Program-made: the position numbers and the translations under genes
The notes under the pieces: model-generated
Databases searched by the model: none
Told to the model about the DNA's origin: nothing
Seen by the model: only the letters and a program-made list of their open reading frames with translations
Shown here: positions 6,605 to 12,821 of the stretch, piece after piece
How positions within the stretch are numbered: the stretch's first letter is position 1
How the letters are laid out: each line of letters opens with the position of its first letter
Assembly: GCA_040902005.1 (NCBI GenBank)
Contig: JBBDYA010000015.1
Location: 1-12,821 of the forward strand
From: Gemmatimonadaceae bacterium
GTDB taxonomy: Bacteria > Gemmatimonadota > Gemmatimonadetes > Gemmatimonadales > Gemmatimonadaceae
DNA length: 12,821 bases
Direction: 5' to 3'

Positions 6605-7179
6605 CGATTCAACGCCTCCCGCAGGAGCATTCGCGCGCGGTGCAGTTGCGCCTTGGTCGACCCCGTCGTAACGCCCAGCATCGTCGCGATCTCCTCGTGC
6701 TTGTAGCCTTCCACGTCATGGAGCGTAAAGACCCGGCGCGCGCCAGGTGGAAGGCGCGTGATCGCCTTCTCCAGATCGAGCAGATCGCCAGGCGCGAGGA
6801 CCATCCCCACCACGCCGACGAAGCTGTCCATCCCCTGCTCCTCATCTTCCTCCTCGAACCGGCTGCGCCTGCGCCCTTCCGACTTGCGGTCGTTCAACAC
6901 GACGTTGACCGCGAGGCGGTGAAGCCAGGTGGCGAACGACGCTTCGCCGCGAAACAGGTGCAGCTTTTCCCACGCACGCACGAAGACGTCCTGCGTCAGC
7001 TCCTCCGCCCGGGCGCGATCCGACACCATCCGCGCGCAGAGCGCGTACACCCGGTTGAGATGCGTGTGGTACAGGCGCTCGAAAGCCTGCCGATCGCCGG
7101 ACGCGGCACGCGCCGCGTCGGCATCGAATCGATGACCACCAGAAGGTGTCGTTGCCTCGAGGATTGCCACTGCCGCCAT
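6601..7179 (-). CDS. ECF RNA polymerase sigma-70 factor (192 aa)
   Basis: Region 2 (GDRQAFERLY, AEELTQDVFVRAW, FATWLHRLAVN) and region 4 (LPPGARRVFTLHDVEGYKHEEIATMLG...KAQLHRAR). ATG 7179 with upstream GGAG. Confidence 0.95.
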   Translation of the reverse strand: MAAVAILEATTPSGGHRFDADAARAASGDRQAFERLYHTHLNRVYALCARMVSDRARAEELTQDVFVRAWEKLHLFRGEASFATWLHRLAVNVVLNDRKSEGRRRSRFEEEDEEQGMDSFVGVVGMVLAPGDLLDLEKAITRLPPGARRVFTLHDVEGYKHEEIATMLGVTTGSTKAQLHRARMLLREALNR

Positions 7180-7209
7180 GTATCGTCGGGTCTCCGTCCG
7201 TACAATGGA

Positions 7210-7237
7210 GTAGATACCCGATCGCCGGGGAAGGTTG
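7210..7237 (-). promoter_or_regulatory. Candidate autoregulatory ECF promoter
   Basis: Minus strand CAACCT (7237-7232), 17-nt spacer, TCTAC (7214-7210). Resembles the AAC...TCT architecture of RpoE/AlgU-type promoters and lies about 30 nt upstream of the sigma start. Confidence 0.55.
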
Positions 7238-7290
7238 GAAAAAACGCCGGCGTCAGGATGAGGACGCGGCCCCTGGGCCACTACCGCGCA

Positions 7291-7965
7291 CTACGGGGCT
7301 TTGTTTCTGACGGCCTGCACGTCGGCCAGCAGCCGCGGCAGGTCGGCCATGCGCTGGAGATAGTGCGTCGGACTGCTCGCGGCCAGTTCCTCGCGTGAAA
7401 AGGGCCCCCACAGCGCGGCGATGGTGGTGACGCCGGCGGCATTTCCCGCGGCCATGTCGTACACGGAGTCGCCCACGAAGACCGCCGAGTCGGGGGCATA
7501 GCCCAGCGTGTCCAGCGCCATGAGCACGGGCTGCGGATCGGGTTTGTGCCGCTCGCAGCTGTCGCAGCCGATGATGACGTCGAAATGGGCGCCCAGCCCC
7601 ACGTGGTCCAGCCCGCGACGCGCGAGCCAGGCGGTCTTGCTGGTCACGATGGCCGACGGGTGTCCGGCGGCGCGAATCAGATCCACCGTCTCGACCACGG
7701 TGTCGTAGCATCGCACCAGGCGATCGTGGTGCTCCATCTGATACTCGCGATATCTGGCGATGAGCGCGTTTACCTCGGCCTCATCACTCGCATAGCGGCG
7801 GAACATGGTGACCAGCGGAATGCCCACGCCGGAGAGCCACTCCGCGTTTGGCGGCACGTACCCCACACGGTCGCGAAAGGCATGTTTCGCGGAGTTAAGT
7901 ATCAGCTCGATCGAGTCGATCAGCGTGCCGTCCAGGTCGAACAGCACGGCGAGGGGAAGTGGCAT
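7291..7965 (-). CDS. HAD-superfamily hydrolase, subfamily IA (PpaX/Gph-like phosphatase)
   Basis: Motif I VLFDLDGTLIDS, motif II IVTSK, motif III HKPDP, motif IV VFVGDSVYD...G.AAG. Confidence 0.92.
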   Translation of the reverse strand: MPLPLAVLFDLDGTLIDSIELILNSAKHAFRDRVGYVPPNAEWLSGVGIPLVTMFRRYASDEAEVNALIARYREYQMEHHDRLVRCYDTVVETVDLIRAAGHPSAIVTSKTAWLARRGLDHVGLGAHFDVIIGCDSCERHKPDPQPVLMALDTLGYAPDSAVFVGDSVYDMAAGNAAGVTTIAALWGPFSREELAASSPTHYLQRMADLPRLLADVQAVRNKAP

Positions 7966-8114
7966 TTCCGAAGGATAACGGGGGGGTACAGCCGGGCTCG
8001 CCAGGTTCGCCGTTGCGTCCGCCGTGCACGGATGTCATTGTACGACCGCGCTCGTCAGTCCGCATTTCCCAGCGCGTTTTGACTCTGGTACCTCCCGCCC
8101 GCCCGCCTCATCGC

Positions 8115-8684
8115 ATGCTGAACGTTCTGCTCGCCATTGCGACAGCTGCATCCCCCGCTGACACCGCTCCGGACAACGCGCCTCGCCTGGCACCCGAGAA
8201 GCGCGTGGAGACGGTCGCGCTTTCGCCGGCCAAACGCGCCGAGTCGGTGGCGCCGACGTTCATCGCCGACAGCATGGTGCTGGACAAGAGCGACCGAAAG
8301 CTGACGCTGTACAGCAAGGGCAAGCTGGTGCGGACGTATGCCGTCGCGCTCGGCCGCGATCCGGTCGGTCCCAAGCAGCGCAAGGGAGACGGCCGCACGC
8401 CGGAGGGGCTGTACTACATCGAAGCGCGCAATCCGCAGAGCAGGTTCCATTTGGCGCTGCGCGTATCGTATCCCTCCAGGGAGCAGCGACAGCGTGCCCA
8501 GAGCATCGGCGTATCGCCCGGTGGAGACATCATGATTCACGGGCTGCCGCCGGCGTTCGCGTCGGTCGGCGCGTTGCATCGCCAGCAGGACTGGACGGAA
8601 GGCTGCGCGGCGGTCACGAACGAGGAGATCGAGGAGCTCTGGCGGTCGGTGCCCAATGGCGCGCGGATTCTGATCCAGCCGTAG
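8115..8684 (+). CDS. L,D-transpeptidase (YkuD) family protein, YafK/DpaA-like
   Basis: VLDKSDRKLTLY, YAVALG, GPKQRKGDGRTPEG.Y, SRFHLALRVSYP, and GGDIMIHG...DWTEGCAAV (catalytic His/Cys). Start taken as ATG 8115 (MLNVLLAIA) but uncertain. Confidence 0.9.
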   Translation: MLNVLLAIATAASPADTAPDNAPRLAPEKRVETVALSPAKRAESVAPTFIADSMVLDKSDRKLTLYSKGKLVRTYAVALGRDPVGPKQRKGDGRTPEGLYYIEARNPQSRFHLALRVSYPSREQRQRAQSIGVSPGGDIMIHGLPPAFASVGALHRQQDWTEGCAAVTNEEIEELWRSVPNGARILIQP

Positions 8685-9088
8685 TGGTCCCGCACGACGG
8701 CGGCGGAACACGCGGCCGAAGCGCGGATCTCGATGCGCTGCCGGCCGGCCTGGCCGGTCAATCGCTCTCCCGGACCGCCATCATCCTGCCGCTCGACGCG
8801 GCGCTCGAGGCCATCGCGCTCCGCACCGGCGACAACCGCCGGCTCGAGAATTGGGAAGGGTGGGTCAGGATGCCCGACGGCGGGCGCGCGAAGTCTCTCT
8901 CGCATGGCGGCTCGTTCGCACTGCCGCAGGATGCCACCCGCGCCGCGGCGGCGGCGGCGGCCGGAATGAAGCGCGCGCAGTTGCGCTGGGAGCGCGATCC
9001 CGAGTACGAGCACGCGGCGCTCTACTTCGGCCTGACCTTCGGGGCCGCCGCAGCCGCGGGTGACGCGTCGTCCGTCAGCCCTGGCTGA
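8684..9088 (+). CDS. Hypothetical protein (about 134 aa)
   Basis: GTG shares a base with the upstream TAG, suggesting coupling. Protein-like composition (IILPLDAALEAI, LENWEGWVR, WERDPEYEHAALYFGLTF) and GC-rich third positions. Family not recognised. Confidence 0.6.
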   Translation: MVPHDGGGTRGRSADLDALPAGLAGQSLSRTAIILPLDAALEAIALRTGDNRRLENWEGWVRMPDGGRAKSLSHGGSFALPQDATRAAAAAAAGMKRAQLRWERDPEYEHAALYFGLTFGAAAAAGDASSVSPG

Positions 9089-9446
9089 CCAGCCACGTCC
9101 TGGCGGACTCCTGATCGGTGAACCACTGGATCTCCCGCTCCGCCTGCTGGTTCACTCCCGTGAACAACACGGTTTGCAGTCCTGACAGTCCCACGAGCGC
9201 GCTGGCTTTCACGAAGGGCTTGTTCTGCGCGGCCAGGTGTTTCGCGGCTTCAACCATCTGGACATTGAACCGGCTTCCGGTGAAGTCCGTCAGGATCAGC
9301 ACGCTCTGTGGCAACGCCGACTGCACGGCGCGACGGGATTCCTCGAAGGCGGCGCGCGCGTCGTCCACGCCCTGGAGCCCGCGAAAGTCCTGGTAGAGAA
9401 TCGACACGCCCTCGTGCTCGATCCTCGAGACCCGGCTCGCTGCCAT
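9075..9446 (-). CDS. Small STAS/SEC14 (SpoIIAA-like) domain protein (123 aa)
   Basis: Pattern IEHEGVSILYQDFRG...VLILTDFTGSRFN...KASALVGLSGLQ...WFTDQESARTWL is typical of this fold. SD GGGAGG upstream. Confidence 0.75.
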   Translation of the reverse strand: MAASRVSRIEHEGVSILYQDFRGLQGVDDARAAFEESRRAVQSALPQSVLILTDFTGSRFNVQMVEAAKHLAAQNKPFVKASALVGLSGLQTVLFTGVNQQAEREIQWFTDQESARTWLVSQG

Positions 9447-9466
9447 GGAACCCTCCCGCTAGGTGG

Positions 9467-9595
9467 CTACTCGAAGATGCCGCAGTATCCGAGAACCCAC
9501 CAGAGAAGCAGGAAGACCAGGACAGTGCTGAAGCATCCGCCACCAAGCTTCTTGGCGCCGTAGCCGGCGGCCAACCCACGCAGGATTTTGCTCAT
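9467..9595 (-). CDS. Small membrane protein (42 aa), absent from the ORF track
   Basis: Manual translation MSKILRGLAAGYGAKKLGGGCFSTVLVFLLLWWVLGYCGIFE*: basic Gly-rich N-terminus plus one hydrophobic helix. It fills the intergenic gap and stops 20 nt before the next gene, leaving room for that gene's SD. Confidence 0.75.
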   Translation of the reverse strand: MSKILRGLAAGYGAKKLGGGCFSTVLVFLLLWWVLGYCGIFE

Positions 9596-9677
9596 AGTGG
9601 GGGCGGAACAGGCAAATGATGTACCTTCCCAGCCTCCAGTTACCAATCACGAGTCACAACCACCAGGTTCCGGGCAC

Positions 9678-9818
9678 ATGGGCAGAGGCGACAAGCGCTC
9701 CAAGAAGGGCAAGATCCGAAACCGCAGCTACGGCAAGCGGCGCCCCGGCAAGAAGAAGAAGGCAAAGGGGAAGACGGCGGCGAAGACGGCGGCGAAGACG
9801 GCGGCGAAGAAGGACTAG
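9678..9818 (+). CDS. thx: 30S ribosomal protein bTHX (Thx/bS31 family) with Lys/Ala-rich tail (46 aa)
   Basis: MGRGDKRSKKGKIRNRSYGKRRP matches the Thx pattern MG(K/R)GD..(T/S)..GKI...(T/S)YGK.RP. Start at ATG 9678. Confidence 0.9.
   Translation: MGRGDKRSKKGKIRNRSYGKRRPGKKKKAKGKTAAKTAAKTAAKKD
9771..9806 (+). repeat. 12-bp tandem repeat AAGACGGCGGCG x3 encoding (KTAA)3
   Basis: Three perfect copies read directly in the sequence. Confidence 0.95.
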
Positions 9819-10960
9819 ACGCGGTTCGTCCGCAGTTCGTCCAGCGAATAGAACGTCCCGCGCCACTCGATCCCCCGGCGGCGCAGGGTGCGCGTCACCG
9901 CCGCCGAGAGAATCCAGACGAAGAGCAGCGACGCCACGGGGTACAGCACGGCGAGCCAGGGGCGAGCGCGGTGCGCTAGCGCGGTGCCCCCGTAGGCGAT
10001 CATCTGCGCCACCGCGGCCGTGGCGTAGAATGCGCGCTCCCAGCCGCTCGTGAGCCACACGGCCGCGAAGGGCCACACGGCCAGCGCGAGATTTCCCGCG
10101 ACCGCGCCGAGCGTGAGTGACACGCTGTACTTGAGTCCCGCGAAGGCGTTCTTTCGCAGTCCGCGCGCCATCTCTCCGAGTGACCCGTACCATTCCACCC
10201 GGATCAGGCGCTCGCCCGTCGCGAGGAGCTGGCGGTGGCCGGCGGTCTTCAGGATTTTCCCGAGCATCAGGTCGTCGTCCGGCCGCAGCGCGATGCGCTC
10301 GTGGCCGCCCACGGCGCGATACGCCGCCGCGGAGACGAGGTTGAACGCGCCGATGCCCACGAAGCGACCGCTGCGCGGGTCGCGCGCCTTCCACGGCCGC
10401 AGCCAGAGCAGAAACCACATCATGAAGTAGTTCACCACCAGCGCCAGCGGCCAGCCGGGCAGCACGAGCCCGGGCGCGACGGTGAGGTGGTCGGCGCGCT
10501 CGACCGTCATGAGCCGGACGGCGCGGGACAGGGCATCCGGCCGGAGCATCACGTCGCCGTCGGTGAACAGCAGGAGCGTGCCCGTGGCGCGTTGCGCCCC
10601 CACGTGGAGCGCGTGGTTCTTCCCGATCCAGCCGGGTGGGAGCGCGTTCACGCGGACGACCTGGAGTCGCCCGCGAGGTAGCGCGCCGAGGATTGCCGGG
10701 GTTCCGTCCACGGACCGGTCATCCACCACGATGAGCTCGAAATCGGGATAGTCCTGCGCCAGGAGCGCGGCGGTGGCCGCGGCGATATGGCGCTCCTCGT
10801 CGCGCGCGGCGACCACGATGGAGACGCGGGGAGCGTCCCGTCCCACGCCGGGCACGTCGTTCAGCGACGGGAGGTCGAGATAGCCCCACGCCAGTTGCAG
10901 CAGCGCGCCGACGGCGACGAGCGCGATCGCGGCAGCGACGACGAATCGGAGCGTGTCCAT
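9815..10960 (-). CDS. Membrane glycosyltransferase family 2 (HpnB/CrtQ-like, 381 aa)
   Basis: N-terminal TM helix, VSIVVAARDEE, LLAQDYP, VVDDRSVDGT, LPPGWIGKNHAL, LLFTDGDV (DxD), RPDDDL and C-terminal TM helices ending in GIEWRG. Start at ATG 10960. The acceptor substrate cannot be determined from sequence. Confidence 0.88.
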   Translation of the reverse strand: MDTLRFVVAAAIALVAVGALLQLAWGYLDLPSLNDVPGVGRDAPRVSIVVAARDEERHIAAATAALLAQDYPDFELIVVDDRSVDGTPAILGALPRGRLQVVRVNALPPGWIGKNHALHVGAQRATGTLLLFTDGDVMLRPDALSRAVRLMTVERADHLTVAPGLVLPGWPLALVVNYFMMWFLLWLRPWKARDPRSGRFVGIGAFNLVSAAAYRAVGGHERIALRPDDDLMLGKILKTAGHRQLLATGERLIRVEWYGSLGEMARGLRKNAFAGLKYSVSLTLGAVAGNLALAVWPFAAVWLTSGWERAFYATAAVAQMIAYGGTALAHRARPWLAVLYPVASLLFVWILSAAVTRTLRRRGIEWRGTFYSLDELRTNRV

Positions 10961-11054
10961 GCCATCGGAATGATAGGGCGTGGCGCCACCGTGGACAGCG
11001 GCGGGCGCGCGGCGCATGTTGTGGACGTCGAAGAATCCCTGAACGGAGCCCTCC

Positions 11055-12236
11055 ATGCATCTCTCTCGTCGGAATTTCGTGAAGGCAGCCAGCGTCGGCG
11101 GCGTCGGTGCGCTCGCCGCTCCACTCATCGCCGCGCGCGGCAGCGAGGCCCTGCGCGAAGTCGTGTTGCCGGGGGCGCCGCGTGGATTCGCGTCCGACGA
11201 GCGGGCGGCGTTCCGCCTGCTGGCGCCGGGCGCCATCCGGCTGGACAGCAATGAAAATCCCAATGGCCCGGGCCGCGTGGCGCTGGAGGCGGTCCGTGCG
11301 ATGTTCACGGAGGCGCCGCGCTATCCGGACGCTACCGCGATGCTCCAGGCGATCGCGGCCTATCACTCGCTTGCCAATGACCAGGTGCTCGTTGGCTGCG
11401 GGTCGGGCGAGATCCTGCGGATGGCCAGCTATGCCTTCACGTCGCCCGACCGCGCGCTCGTCACCGCCGCGCCATCGTTCGAGGATCCGGTTCGGCACTC
11501 GCAGATGATGGGTGCGCCGATTCGCGAGGTGCCCGTGGATGCGGGGCTGCGTCTCGACCTGGACCGCATGCTCGACCAGGTGCGCGGGGCCGGCATGGTG
11601 TTCCTCTGCAACCCCAACAACCCGACAGGCACCGTGCACGGCGCCGTCGCGGTGCGGAATTTCATCGCGGAGGTGCACCGCCGGGCGCCGGAGTGCATCG
11701 TGATGGTGGACGAGGCGTATCACGAGTACGTGGACGATCCGGACTACGCGACGGCGCTGCCGCTCGCTCTCGAGAACCCAGGCGTGATCGTGGTGCGCAC
11801 GTTCTCGAAGGTCTACGGCATGGCCGGACTGCGTGCCGGCTACGTGGTGGGGCAGCCGCGCACGCTCGCTCGCATGGCGCGCCATCGACTGCCGAACGCG
11901 ATCAACGTGCTGGCGGCGGCTGCCGCCGTGGCCACGCTCCCCGACGCGGCGCACCTGGAGCGCGAAAAGCGGCTCAACCGGGAAGCGCGCGAGTTCACGC
12001 GCGCGGCGCTCGCGGGAATGGGATTCGCCGCGCTGGCGTCGCACGCGAACTTTCTCATGGTGCCGATCGGCAGGGACACGCGCGTTTTTCGCGCGGCGTG
12101 CGCGAAGCACGACATCCTGGTGGGGCGACCCTTTCCGCCGCTCAATACGTACAGCCGCATCTCGATCGGCACGATGGACGAGATGAAGACGGCCGTGGGC
12201 GTGTTCCGGCAGGTGCTCTCCGGCGCCGCGAACTGA
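11055..12236 (+). CDS. HisC-like PLP-dependent aminotransferase class I/II with Tat signal peptide
   Basis: SRRNFVK twin-arginine motif, IRLDSNENPNGP, GCGSGE, CNPNNPTG, VDEAYHEY, RTFSKVYGMAGLRAGY (PLP lysine) and RISIGT. SD GGAG. Confidence 0.9.
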   Translation: MHLSRRNFVKAASVGGVGALAAPLIAARGSEALREVVLPGAPRGFASDERAAFRLLAPGAIRLDSNENPNGPGRVALEAVRAMFTEAPRYPDATAMLQAIAAYHSLANDQVLVGCGSGEILRMASYAFTSPDRALVTAAPSFEDPVRHSQMMGAPIREVPVDAGLRLDLDRMLDQVRGAGMVFLCNPNNPTGTVHGAVAVRNFIAEVHRRAPECIVMVDEAYHEYVDDPDYATALPLALENPGVIVVRTFSKVYGMAGLRAGYVVGQPRTLARMARHRLPNAINVLAAAAAVATLPDAAHLEREKRLNREAREFTRAALAGMGFAALASHANFLMVPIGRDTRVFRAACAKHDILVGRPFPPLNTYSRISIGTMDEMKTAVGVFRQVLSGAAN

Positions 12237-12237
12237 G

Positions 12238-12741
12238 TTGCACGCGCCGCGCCTCGCGTTGCTGGTGGTCCTCCTCGTCGCGTGCGCGCGCGAGGAGGGC
12301 GGGGTGACCGTGGCGGAGGAAGCCGCGGTCGCCGGGGAAACGGGCGCGGCGACGGCGACCGCGCCGGACGCCTGCCCCGCGACGGGACAGTGGACGCCGT
12401 GCGCCATTCTCCAGCGACTGGAGCGCTCCGGCATGGCGCCGCAGCAGGATTCGGGTGGCGCCAGCGAAGCGTCGCTGTCACCGCGCGGGCTGCTCGTGCG
12501 CGTGGGACGCGCGGAGCTGGAGCTGTATATCTACCCTGACGCGGCGGCGCGCGAACGCGAGCAGAGCACGCTGGACCGCACCCGGTACGTGGACTACGCG
12601 GCGTCGCAGACCTTCCGCGCCGAGCCGACCCTGATCTCCTCCGCCAACATGATTGCCATCCTGCACAGCAACAACAGCAAGCAGCGCGAGCGCCTCGGCG
12701 ACGCGATCACCGCGGGTCCTCCGCAGCCGGCGCGCCCATGA
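12238..12741 (+). CDS. Hypothetical lipoprotein (167 aa)
   Basis: TTG start 1 nt after the upstream stop. Signal peptide with lipobox LVAC, and protein-like C-terminus (ELELYIYPD...PTLISSANMIAILHS). Confidence 0.7.
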   Translation: MHAPRLALLVVLLVACAREEGGVTVAEEAAVAGETGAATATAPDACPATGQWTPCAILQRLERSGMAPQQDSGGASEASLSPRGLLVRVGRAELELYIYPDAAAREREQSTLDRTRYVDYAASQTFRAEPTLISSANMIAILHSNNSKQRERLGDAITAGPPQPARP

Positions 12742-12821
12742 CCGGCGCCGCCACGCACCTGAGGCCCCATCCGCGCCATCCGCGCCATCCGCGCCATCCG
12801 CGCCATCCGCGCCATCCGCGC
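12738..12821 (+). CDS. Possible 5' end of a downstream gene, MTGAATHLRP(HPR)6 (partial)
   Basis: ATGA overlap with the lipoprotein stop, and the frame stays open to the window edge. Confidence 0.35.
   Translation, partial: MTGAATHLRPHPRHPRHPRHPRHPRHPR
12767..12821 (+). repeat. 9-bp tandem repeat (CCATCCGCG)n, at least 6 copies, running off the window
   Basis: Six perfect units from 12767 to 12820 plus one base. Confidence 0.95.

Noticed and set aside
9460..9620. Possible ncRNA or riboswitch in the apparent intergenic gap
   Set aside because: No recognisable RNA family motif, and the region is better explained by the 42-aa minus-strand ORF.
10719..12434. 571-aa minus-strand ORF and the GT2 extension to 11308
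   Set aside because: Antisense shadows of the aminotransferase, as expected in high-GC DNA with few stop codons.
12594..12821. Repeat as a CRISPR array, or the minus-strand (MAR)n ORF as a gene
   Set aside because: The units are contiguous 9-mers with no spacers, and the minus ORF is antisense to the lipoprotein gene with no protein-like features.

Overview
GC-rich bacterial chromosomal window. Gene content and style suggest Gemmatimonadota, which is an inference. No mobile element, CRISPR array, rRNA or tRNA was recognised. The left end carries a DNA-damage/mutagenesis locus on the minus strand: an SplB-like radical SAM gene, an ImuA-like RecA-fold gene missed by the ORF track, and the probable first 17 codons of an ImuB-like gene. 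The radical SAM and ImuA-like genes are each preceded by the same 16-bp direct-repeat motif TTCGG-N6-TTCGG, a candidate SOS/LexA-type operator, and two DnaA boxes lie between them. The middle holds an envelope-stress-like operon: ECF sigma factor, zinc-binding anti-sigma, three tandem exported DUF4097 beta-repeat proteins and a PIG-L deacetylase. Other genes encode a pterin carbinolamine dehydratase, a HAD hydrolase, a YafK-like L,D-transpeptidase-family protein, a hypothetical protein, a STAS/SpoIIAA-like protein, an unannotated 42-aa membrane protein, ribosomal protein bTHX with a KTAA-repeat tail, a GT2 glycosyltransferase, a Tat-signal HisC-like aminotransferase and a lipoprotein. A 9-bp tandem repeat runs off the right edge. 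All family calls come from manual motif recognition, not database searches.
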